Shown in pieces: positions 1-10,100 of a stretch of DNA of 64,000 nucleotides. The stretch spans positions 182,533 through 246,532 of the forward strand of contig JBAZJI010000001.1 in NCBI GenBank assembly GCA_041651395.1, read 5' to 3'. A program made the translations under genes and the position numbers. Position 1 is the stretch's first letter, and each line of letters starts with the position of its first letter. Origin of the DNA: Minisyncoccota bacterium. Lineage in GTDB: Bacteria; Patescibacteriota; Minisyncoccia; Minisyncoccales; JAGOPM01. The notes under the pieces were generated by a model. That model was not told the DNA's origin, did not search any database, and worked only from the letters and a program-made list of their open reading frames with translations.

Positions 1-333
1 GAGGTACAGGGGATTAAGGGCGCGGGGAAAGTGGAAAAGATTTTGCTTTCAACGCCGGTTAATGGCAGTCAGGAATTGGCTTTAGACGGTGTATTTATTG
101 AGATTGGGAGCCTGCCAGTTAAAGATTTAATGAATCAATTAGGGATAGAGACCAACGAAGCGGGATTTATTTTGGTCAAAGATGACAGGGCAACCAATGT
201 TGCCGGAGTTTTTGCCGCCGGAGATTGTACTAATGGGCATAATATGCTCAAGCAGATTATTACGGCTTGCGCCGATGGGGCAGTAGCCGCTAATGCGGCC
301 TTTAAGTATTATAGAAGTCTGGCAAATAATTAA
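1..333 (+). CDS. trxB: Thioredoxin reductase, C-terminal part (gene starts upstream of the window)
   Basis: DGVFIEIG, GFILV, TNVAGVFAAGD and QIITACADGAVAA are C-terminal FAD-binding motifs of TrxR; adjacent to thioredoxin. Confidence 0.9.
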   Translation, partial: EVQGIKGAGKVEKILLSTPVNGSQELALDGVFIEIGSLPVKDLMNQLGIETNEAGFILVKDDRATNVAGVFAAGDCTNGHNMLKQIITACADGAVAANAAFKYYRSLANN

Positions 334-352
334 TATAATAATACATAAAACT

Positions 353-664
353 ATGGAGATAACTTTAACAGACGCCAACTTCGATCAGGAAGTTTTGAAG
401 GCGGATAAATTGGTTTTGGTGGATTTTTTTGCCACTTGGTGCCCGCCTTGCCAAGCCATGAAGCCCCTCATTGCCAAGATTGCACAGGAACAAAGCGAAA
501 AAGTGAAAGTGGGCATTCTAAACGTGGATGAAAACCCCGTGATTGCCGGGAAATATGGAGTGCAGAGTATTCCGACATTTATTTTTTTTAAGAACGGTCA
601 GGAAGTGAAAAAATTTGTCGGGGCCGTGCCCATGAATATTTTAATGGAAGAGATAAATAAATAA
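353..664 (+). CDS. trxA: Thioredoxin
   Basis: VDFFATWCPPC active site, SIPT cis-Pro motif; start taken at ATG 353 (MEITLTD). Confidence 0.93.
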   Translation: MEITLTDANFDQEVLKADKLVLVDFFATWCPPCQAMKPLIAKIAQEQSEKVKVGILNVDENPVIAGKYGVQSIPTFIFFKNGQEVKKFVGAVPMNILMEEINK

Positions 665-673
665 CCAAAAGTA

Positions 674-700
674 AAAACCCTCGCTTCTGCGGGGGTTTTG
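674..700. terminator. Intrinsic terminator, probably bidirectional
   Basis: AAAACCCTCGC-TTCT-GCGGGGGTTTT hairpin between convergent genes. Confidence 0.75.
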
Positions 701-769
701 TTATTGCATTTAATGCAATTAGGGATTTAAGGAGTGTTATTTTGGCGGCGCCCTTTTTGTTCCAAGTGT

Positions 770-1870
770 TTATTTTTCTGAGTCCTTGTCAAAGACAGAT
801 TGGGCGCTGATATAGGATTCAGGATTTTCACACTTTCCCGAAGAGGTTATTGCCTCCACATTCCAGAATACCGTATATTGCGATGTTTGCCAGGAGAAGC
901 CAGGATCTGTTTTTCGTATCAGATTAATAACCGCTTCTTTTTCTATTGCCATATTTTTTATCTCTCCGTCCCGAATAGTTCCAATATCAAGAGAGCCTTG
1001 CCCAACCTCGTTAAACTCATCGTTTTTCCAATCACCGATCTTAAATTGAGCTTTGAGCGTTATTGTTTGCTCTCGGTCAAAAGAGCCGATGTAATTGACT
1101 TCAGGGAACAGAAATGTTTCTTTTTTTGTTTCTGTGGCTGGCGAAATACTGGGATCGATAAACATCATATTGAGCTCATAGCGAAGGGGTGGCGTTTCGC
1201 TGATTAAACATTTGCCTCTTGCGTCATAATCAAAGACTGTTTGGGGAAAGTTATAATATATGGGTTTTTTACCCTTAGCCTCTTTGATTATTTTTATGCC
1301 TAGCAGACTTTTTTTATCCTTGCCCCAAGCCACCGGGAATTTACCGAAAAGCTTTACGCGCTCTTTTGGGCTGATGGGAGCTATAAGAATTTTATCGCCC
1401 CGGCCGCTACCGCAGATTATTTTGCCCTTAATCTTATACTCACTGGTCTTTTTTTGGCCTACCTGATCTAAACGGAAAAAATAAACCGAATATTCCGCAT
1501 TAGATTCATCAATTTTGCCGAAATGCTTTGGATCCATCCGAAGCATTAAGGCCGACATCATTTCGCAACGCCTATCTGACTCTTGCCATTTGAATGTGCA
1601 TAGACATCCGTGGGAGAATGGTTCGCCCGTCGGGTATTCTTTTCTGTAAACAAACGGCAAATTGGAAAGGCACTGAACATTTTGCCAATCGGCGATGCCA
1701 AATTCAGCTCCGAAATATTCGACAAAGAAATCGGTTCCCGAGTCGTTAATTTCCACCATAGTGCGGAAATCTTGGCTCAGCTGGCATTCTTCGGCAAAGA
1801 CTTCTGAAGAAAAACAGATGCAAGAAACAGCCAAAATACTGGTGCAAATTATTGCGATTATTTTTTTCAC
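770..1870 (-). CDS. Secreted hypothetical protein (366 aa), SD-led stand-alone gene
   Basis: GTG start with AAGGAGG at 1877-1883 (minus); N-terminal signal peptide KKIIAIICTSILAV...VFA. Confidence 0.8.
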   Translation of the reverse strand: MKKIIAIICTSILAVSCICFSSEVFAEECQLSQDFRTMVEINDSGTDFFVEYFGAEFGIADWQNVQCLSNLPFVYRKEYPTGEPFSHGCLCTFKWQESDRRCEMMSALMLRMDPKHFGKIDESNAEYSVYFFRLDQVGQKKTSEYKIKGKIICGSGRGDKILIAPISPKERVKLFGKFPVAWGKDKKSLLGIKIIKEAKGKKPIYYNFPQTVFDYDARGKCLISETPPLRYELNMMFIDPSISPATETKKETFLFPEVNYIGSFDREQTITLKAQFKIGDWKNDEFNEVGQGSLDIGTIRDGEIKNMAIEKEAVINLIRKTDPGFSWQTSQYTVFWNVEAITSSGKCENPESYISAQSVFDKDSEK

Positions 1871-1949
1871 TCCTTACCTCCTTAAGTTTTCAATTTTTAA
1901 TTTATCCGCTCTTAATAGAGCAGGGTAATCCTTTTTGATTACACTATTT

Positions 1950-1977
1950 ATTATATCATAAAATAGCAAAAAATCAA
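1950..1977 (-). promoter_or_regulatory. Sigma70 promoter of 770..1870
   Basis: TTGATT-16 nt-TATAAT with extended TG on the minus strand. Confidence 0.65.
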
Positions 1978-2124
1978 GAGACGAAGTAGCTAAAAAAGTC
2001 AAACTCTTTTAGGTGGTGTTTATTGGTTGCCCCGTGCGAAGTAGCGTATAACTCCGTACGCGACAAGCTAGAGGGGGTTTATTATGACTGTTGGGTTTTT
2101 TGTGGCAATTCAAAAACAGGGTTT

Positions 2125-3045
2125 TTAGCCCTGTTTTAGTGTGCTGCAAATTTCGTCTTTGGGACAATTTTGGCAGTAGATCTGCAAAGGAATAGTTGCA
2201 AATCTCATAAGGATAGTATAAATGGCCGGAGCCAGCACTGCCTGAATGGGAAAGAATTTTCCTGCCAAAACAGAAGCTAAAGTAAAATTGCGGTAAAGGC
2301 CAATGAGCCCGATTGTCGCCTTTTGTTTTTTTGTTTTGCCGACTAAAAATCCAAAACCTATTTCTACCAAGGAGACGATAATTAAAGCGATGGTAATCCA
2401 AAATATCTGATTGAGATTGCTAAAAACCGTTTCTCTGGCGCCGGCAACAATAGACCAAATCACGCAAAATATCAGAATAACATTTATTTTTTGCCCCTGC
2501 GGTTTTATTTGCTTGTCGAGTTTTAATATTTTTATAATGTAGGCAAAAGCAAAAGGAATAAGGATGGTTTGCAGAATAAATCCGGATATGTCGGTAAATT
2601 TTACTTCAATAATTTTTCCGGCCAATAGCCAAATCATCAAAGGGGTAAACAAGGGGCTTAAGAGATGCGTATAAACCGAGGCGGCCAATGATTTGCTGGT
2701 ATCCCCGTCCATAATATCTGTCATTGCGGCCGCGGAAACCGCTACGGGCGTAGCACAAACTAAAATTAGCCCAACGAAAAATCCCGAAGGTATGACTCGG
2801 CTAAAGGGTAGGCAGAGAATGGGGGCAAGAATCAGGACAGCCGCGGAAATCAGCGCCGCTTCCCGCCAATTTTTGAATTCCTTTTTTAGAGCTGGGATTT
2901 CTATATTCAGGAAACTAATGGTCATTATGCAGCCCAGGAGAAAGGTGGAATACGGTTTTAAGAGCAACCCGAATTGGGGGAATATTAAAGCAATAAATGG
3001 AGCCAGGCCGATAATATAAGCCGAATACCTTTTTAGGAAATCCAT
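2125..3045 (-). CDS. Bile acid:sodium symporter (BASS/SBF) family transporter
   Basis: About 9-10 TM segments; GLILVCATPVAVSA..MT..MDGD and LLSPLFTPL motifs; RNFTLA motif. Confidence 0.8.
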   Translation of the reverse strand: MDFLKRYSAYIIGLAPFIALIFPQFGLLLKPYSTFLLGCIMTISFLNIEIPALKKEFKNWREAALISAAVLILAPILCLPFSRVIPSGFFVGLILVCATPVAVSAAAMTDIMDGDTSKSLAASVYTHLLSPLFTPLMIWLLAGKIIEVKFTDISGFILQTILIPFAFAYIIKILKLDKQIKPQGQKINVILIFCVIWSIVAGARETVFSNLNQIFWITIALIIVSLVEIGFGFLVGKTKKQKATIGLIGLYRNFTLASVLAGKFFPIQAVLAPAIYTILMRFATIPLQIYCQNCPKDEICSTLKQG

Positions 3046-3048
3046 AAA

Positions 3049-4011
3049 TTAGCGCAGATACATTTTGGTATTTTCTAGATGCTCGGCAAAATCACGCGAG
3101 GTGTGGATGTAGCCGGCTTTGTCGTGCATGTAATAAAGTTGGTCGGTAGTTTCAGGGTTGAGGGCCGCGCTAATGGCGGGCAAAGATGGGTTGCAGATGG
3201 GCTCTGGTGGCAAACCTTTGACTACATAGGTATTGTAGGGGGAGTCGATTTTATAATTTTCGCGGACAAGTTTTGGCCACCAGTCAGTGCTGGTGCCCAT
3301 GACGTATTGGACCGTGGCATCTATTTGTAATCTTTGGCCAAGATTCAGCCGATTTTGCAAAATACCGGCAATAATGGGTAATTCTTCCTGCCGGTAAGAT
3401 TCGCGCTGTAAAAGGGAAGCAATAATCAAAGTTTGTTTCTTTTTTTTCTCGCTCACGCCCGCCCAAATTGATTTGGTTTTTTTGGAAAATTCATCAAGCA
3501 TTTTTTTAGCCGCTTCTTTAGGCGCAATACCGCTTTTAAGCAGGTAAGTTTCGGGGAACATGCTGCCTTGCAAAGCATTGGCCAAAAATTCTGTTTTCTG
3601 TTCGTTGTCCCAATTTAATTCTTTGGCGAAAATATCGACAATTTCTTCATTACGCAAACCCTCAGGCACTTGGACCCAGAATTCGCTTTGCTTGGAGGTT
3701 AAAACATCGACTAATTGTTGCGGCCACATGCTGGGAGAAACCAGGTAGCCCCCGGCCTGGATTTTGCGCCCACGCAAAAAACTCAAAAATATGGTTTTGT
3801 TTCGGAATATTTTTTCCTTTTTGAGGCGCTCAATTATTTTATCCTGCGGCTCATTGAGTTTGACGATAAATTCCTGCTTAGGGCGGGGCTGGAAGCTAGA
3901 TGGCCCAAAAGCATTAAGCCAGAATAACGCTATTGTAGCTGCCAAAATCAAAAAAATTACGCCCGGGACTAGTAATTTTTTCCACAAAGGTGGAGCTTTC
4001 ATGTAGTTCAT
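3049..4011 (-). CDS. mltG: Endolytic transglycosylase MltG (YceG)
   Basis: N-terminal TM; VPEGLR, GSMFPETY, IASLLQRE, LQIDATVQY, SPYNTY..GLPPEPICNP motifs. Confidence 0.92.
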   Translation of the reverse strand: MNYMKAPPLWKKLLVPGVIFLILAATIALFWLNAFGPSSFQPRPKQEFIVKLNEPQDKIIERLKKEKIFRNKTIFLSFLRGRKIQAGGYLVSPSMWPQQLVDVLTSKQSEFWVQVPEGLRNEEIVDIFAKELNWDNEQKTEFLANALQGSMFPETYLLKSGIAPKEAAKKMLDEFSKKTKSIWAGVSEKKKKQTLIIASLLQRESYRQEELPIIAGILQNRLNLGQRLQIDATVQYVMGTSTDWWPKLVRENYKIDSPYNTYVVKGLPPEPICNPSLPAISAALNPETTDQLYYMHDKAGYIHTSRDFAEHLENTKMYLR

Positions 4012-4155
4012 AAGACAAAATCAGCATAGCACAGCTTTTCCAATCGCCCTGTGGAAAGTTTTTTTGGGTTGACCCAGAAAAGGATTTATAATAAGGGCGG
4101 ATAAAGCTTTTTTTGAAAAGCTTAATCCTTTTGCGTATATATAAAAACATAAAAT

Positions 4156-7100
4156 ATGTCCCAATATAAAGTTTTTTGTAAAGCCATTTTCACGGTTTTC
4201 TGCGTTGTGATGGTTTTGGCATTTGCCGGTATCGCTAATGCCTTTACCCAGCAATCAACATCGCAAGTGAAATTCAGCAATATTAGCGTTTCTGGCGGTG
4301 GCGGGCAAATATTTATTTACGATAATAATAAATATGATCCGCAGACTGTTTCTGCCGATATTCGCAATACGCCGCTTAAGCCCTGCCTTGATACGAGGCA
4401 GCTTGGCAGTGGCGGGCTGAAGATTTCCTGGAATTTATCCGCCGCTAAACCGGTAGGCTTTGATCATTGGTATGTCCGCTATGCCTGCGCCAGCACGCCG
4501 GCTATTGCAGCTGATACCAATACTATCGGGCGGGCATATTCTGATACTATTACTTGGAGTAGCCCAGCTTTATCTGCGGGACAATATTGCAAGATTTGGG
4601 CCTATGCCATGAAGGGCAGTAATTCTAATGAAGGTCTAAATATTGGCTTGGGAGGGGCTAACACCAGCCCGATTCAAGCTTGTTCTTTGAAGCCCTCAAT
4701 TTCTATTTTAGAGGGCAAGACCCTGAGCGTGTCCTCAATTTCTATCACTGTCCGCTATAACGACACAGGGGACAATTCTGATAGAGGACAAATTTATGCT
4801 TACGTCTATGACTCTCTTTGCACAAAATTAATCGGTTATGCCGGACCTTCGACCGTAAGTAAGAATGGGACAATTACTTTGGTTAAGGGTTCTCTGGATG
4901 CTAACACGACTTATTGCGTGAAGCCTTACGCAATTTCTGATGACAATGTCAGGGGATTTGGGGCTACCCAAATGAAAATTACCACTGGTGCCAGCTCTCC
5001 TAAGCCTGCGGAAGATTTTTCTAATAATTTCAAAATTTGTCGAACAAGCGATACGGACAAGTGCAGCGATTTTACTACTCAAAGTCCTCTGACCTTACTG
5101 GCCTGTAATTCTTACGTTGCCGGTTTAGGTATCGCAAAATTTAACACTTGCTATCTTGTCAGTGACACAAATAGTGTTTTAGCGTGTAATGCGGCTTGCT
5201 CTAAAGCTTCCGGAGAGGCTTCTGAAGAGCTTTCTTATTGCGATACGGCCTTCAAATGTGTTGGCGGAAAAATGACCAAAACGGAATGCAAACTCAAAAA
5301 CGGTAATAAAGATTGTTGGACCGGGCTTTATTGCGGCGGGCAGTGGTATAATGCCGATTCTAAATGTATCCCCACGACCGCAGCCTTATTAATAAATCCT
5401 TATATTCCGGAAACAACTGATTTCAAATGTGTTTCCGAGACACTAAGTTCTAAAGTAGAAACCGCGCTTTTCGCCAAGTTGCTTTCGACTGGCGGGGCGG
5501 CCAGCGCCAATGTGTTTTTTGATGTGTATGATAAAAGCGCGAAATGGGTTGCCAGCCAGAGTTTTTCAGGAAAGGCCAGCGGTAGTGAGATGAGCTACAA
5601 TCCTTTACTCGAGCAAGGGACTGAATATCGCTTCAAGGCTTCGGCCTATACTTCTGGCAATTCCACCTCCGTTTCTGTTTTATTTACGACGCCTTATTGC
5701 ACAACGCCTGAGCCCTTGGAGGAACTTTCATATTGTGATGGTTTAGTTTGCCGAGGAGTAAAAACAACCAAGACCAAATGCCGCACCGAATTAAATAAGG
5801 GTTTGGACTGCCGCGCCGGGCTTTATTGCGGCGGGACAGCAAGCAATCCGGACCAGACTTGCAAAGCCGGTGCGCCGGCGGATTATAGTTTGCTGCTTTC
5901 TGTGCCCGAGGTGACCGTCAAAGATTGCAGTGCTGCCGGCTCTAAAGCGGATATTTCTGTGATTATGATGCCCAGCCTTGGCAGTAATAACAGCGGCAAT
6001 ATTCTAGTTGAACAGCTTGATGCCAATGGCTCGGTGGTGACCAGTAAGACGATTGCAAGCGTGCGCAGCCTGGAGAATTATTACTGGAATTTTTCTTTAA
6101 GCCCCAAACAGGCCGCAAAGGTTCGGGCGACCTTGTATGTAGTGGGCGGTAAAACTATTCAGACCAAGGATGTGGTCGTAAAGTGCGCCGAGGAACCAGT
6201 GAGTGTTTTTTCTTATTGTGAAGCCAAAACTTGCGTGGCCCGCAAAATGACCGAATCGGCTTGCCGGGCAGCTAATGGCGGCAAGGATTGCTACGTCAAT
6301 GCTTATTGCGGTGGGAAGATAAATAATCCCGATGCTAATTGTTTGGGTCTTGACCAAAATAAGATTGAAATTGTTTTACCTAGCCAGTTTGATCAGATTT
6401 GCGCTGGCGATACCATTATCCGCGCACCTGTGAAAATTAGAATTATTTCCACTTTTGGCGGAGTAATCGGCACAGCGACCGTGAAGGTATTAAATAGTTT
6501 TGGCACGGAGATACTTTCCCAAAAATATACTGATGCTAAAGCCGGGAGTGCCTATGGCAATGAAGTGATATTCCAGCCAAACCAAAAATATAAAGTGGAA
6601 GCCAGTTTAGGGACCAGTAATGCCGCGCCTTCTATTGTTTCTGCCGAATTCATTGCCAAGAGCTGCGCCACCCAGACCGATGAAGTCAAAACGAGATCAT
6701 TTTGCTCCGGTATTGTTTGCCGGACGGTGAAAGAAACTGCCGCAGAATGTAAAGCGGAAAATAACGGCAACGCCTGTTTTGAGGTTCCTTATTGCGGTGG
6801 AACTATTTCTGACTACGGCGACAGTAAGTGCACCTCCATAGACACTTCTAAGGAGCGCTCTTATTGCTCTGCCGGGAAGTGCACTACTATAAAAACCACG
6901 GCCGCTGATTGCAAAGCGCGCAATAATGGCAACGCATGTTTTGAGGTGCCATATTGCGGCGGGCTTTGGTATAACGGCGATTCCAAATGCCAACAATCCA
7001 GTTGCAGTAAAGAGAGTTTAAGAAGCTTATCTTCGGAACTTCGAAGCGTTTATGAAAATGCCGGCGGATATAAAAAATATTGCTACAAGGGGGTAACATT

Positions 7101-10100
7101 GAAAGTCGGTTTGTCATTATACGGCGCGATACAGTGCCCGAATTTGTACATGCCGTATGTGGAACAGGATGTGTATCTTTCGAATACATCTTTAGATTTA
7201 GCTTGGCGGCTCGCCGCGACCACTGAGCAGGAGGCTGTAAATAATATCCAAGGATATATCGATAATAATATTGCGAGGCTGACTAAAGATTGCGAATGCT
7301 ATAAAGGTATTATTGTCAGTCGATTGATGGAAACTGCGCCGGCTGGCGGAACAGTTGATTTCCCTTATTCGGCGAGATTAGTCGTGGATACAACTTCTGG
7401 CCGATATTTTAATGATATAACCGGGTGTGATGAATCATCAAAGACTGGCGGTGAATTTTGCGTTGGCGGAAACACTATCGAAGATGTAAAAAATAATGCA
7501 AGAAGATATATTGATAACCATCCAAATGAGTTTACTAAAACCCAATGTATCTCTACCGATACTATCAAGGAGCGTTCTTATTGTTCTGGCAACTCTTGCA
7601 TAACTATCCGCAGTACGGCTACCGCCTGCCGTGAGAAGAATAATTGGCAGGATTGTTTTGAGGTGCCATATTGCGGCGGGCTTTGGTATAACGGCGATCA
7701 AAAATGCGCTGCCCTCGATCCTGTGCAGGAGCGCTCTTATTGCCTTGGCGCAACTTGCAAAACCGTGAAGACTACGGCCGCTAATTGCAAAGCCATGAAT
7801 AATGGAACGGATTGTTTTGCTCTACCATATTGCGGCGGCACAATCTCTGATTATGGCGATAGCAAATGCGGCGCGTTAAAGCAGCTGACGATTACCAACC
7901 CAACAGCTTCTTATTGGAAACTTAACGATAACATCGATTTCACTTGGATTAATGGCAAGCCGGGAGAAACAGTTTACATTTCCCGTTGGCTTAATTATGG
8001 CAGCAATAGTTTAGCGCTTTGCGCCGGGCGCAATGATGCCAATGGCTCGGGCTCTTGCCGTTGGACGGTGAATGCGCAGCTTGGCAAACATACTATTTGG
8101 GCTAAAGCTGCCAGCAGCCAAAGGGACTTTGATACAAAAGTTGAAATTGAGGTAATCGAACACTTGCCTGAAAGCAGCCTTTCCTTGAAAAATAATTATT
8201 TCAGCTCCAATGTTTGGGATGGGCCTCTTCAGCGCAAACAGGTAGCCGGGTTCAAAGTGACCGCCCAAGAATCTACCCAGAATCTCACGAGATTTAATTT
8301 GGATTTTTCCGGAAAGATTTGGGAGAACTTTGCCATCCTTGATGTTTATGACGCCACAATGGGGACTTCAATATTTTCCAAGAGTATTATTGCCTATGAT
8401 TTTATCCAGAGTGGTTCATATTGGAGGATAAATATAGAACCGTTCAGATTGCAAGTTCCTTTGGAGGCCAATTATCCGCACGAATTGCAGGTTTTCCTGA
8501 CAAGCCGCGACGGTCAACTTTCTACCGTCAATTATCAGATATTTGTTAATAAGAATGCGGCTCGCGCCACGGGTGCTAATGGTTTGAGTTATTATGCGCC
8601 TGATAAAGATGCGGAAGTTTCAAATTTCTTCCGAATCGCTCCGCAGCCGCCTAAATATTTTGCCTGTTCCAATGCTCTTTGCCAGATTGTAAAAAATCCT
8701 TTAACCGGCAAAGAAGTGCAAAGTGAAGCGGAATGCCAAATTGCCACGAATTTTGCCAAGACTTGTTACTTAAATGACAGCACTTGCCAAAATATTTGCA
8801 AGTCAGTTTGTGTCAAAGATGGTTTTGCCTACAAGGATCGCGGAGATATTTGCTGCGCCACTGATGGTTACAAAGAAATCGATTCTTCCGTTTTGAAAAA
8901 TGACGGTAGCTGCACGGCTGGCAATCCTAACGTGAAAATTTGCTCTAAATGCGGCAATGGTTCTTGCGACTCAATGGAAAATAAATGTAACTGTTCGCAA
9001 GATTGTGGCGCCTTATGCAACAAGGTTAATCAGAATGCGGTGGATGCCACTCTTTGTTGCCCGGGTTTGACTTGGCTTTCTAACCAATATCGCCTTGGCC
9101 GCGATGGGGGTTGTGTAAACAGCGGCTTTACCAATGGTATTTGTGTTAATACCAAATGCGGAGACGCTAAATGCGAAGGATATGAAGATAAATGCAACTG
9201 CCCAGTTGATTGTAAAGAAGTTTTGGGTTGCAAAGCAGCCAACCAGAATGCCGATTCCCCCGGCTTGTGCTGCCAAAATCTTGATTGGCTTTCCAATAAA
9301 TATCGCCTCTCCAGTAATGCGAGCTGTGCGGACAGCGGCTTTATCAATGGTATTTGTGTAACCACTAAATGTGGCGATACCAAATGCGAAGGATATGAAG
9401 ATAAGTGCAACTGCCCGCAAGATTGCAGTGGTTCGGTTATTCCCGGAACTTGTGTTGCCGAGGGTAAAGTGATTTATCCAGATGGCAGCGCGTGCTGCTC
9501 GGGTTTAACAAAAATTACCGGCCAAAATGTCGGTTATGACGGCGTAACTTGTGTAGATGTATATAGCAGCGGCATGGGTTTCTGCTCTAAATGCGGAGAT
9601 GGCAAATGCGAGAATCCGGAAAATAAATGCAACTGCCCGATTGATTGCGCTTGCGGCAATGGGAGATGCGACGGCAATGAAAATTACCAAACTTGTCCGC
9701 AGGATTGCGAAAAGCCGACTGAGGAAAAATATTGTTATAAGGGAATGTATATTTATTTCTCCAATTATCCTAATCCCAAAGTTAACAACGCAAAATACTG
9801 GCTTTCCAATTGGGATTTTGGTGGCGACTTAAAAGGTTTTAGCGGTTCTGTTGAAACGGCCAAAGCCGCGGCAGAAATGTATGTGGCTTCGCTCTGCGAT
9901 GGCACTAATGCTAAGAGCTATAATTGCACTCAGTGCGAGCGCACCGACCTTATTCCCGAGGTCATGGAAAAAATCTGTTTCAATAACAAGACATATTACT
10001 ACCGATCCAATAAACCCAATGCGGAAAGCAAGACTTTATTCTGGGTGAAAATAATTTTAGGCGGAGAATTAAAAACAATAGGTCATGATAGCGAGAGCCA

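Noticed and set aside
3977-4058. DnaA-box-like words near the mltG/giant-gene divergence as oriC
   Set aside because: Only one or two imperfect boxes, no cluster, no dnaA in the window
9013-9425. Diversity-generating retroelement template/variable repeat pair
   Set aside because: Differences between repeat copies are not confined to adenines, all copies are in frame in one gene, and no reverse transcriptase is in the window
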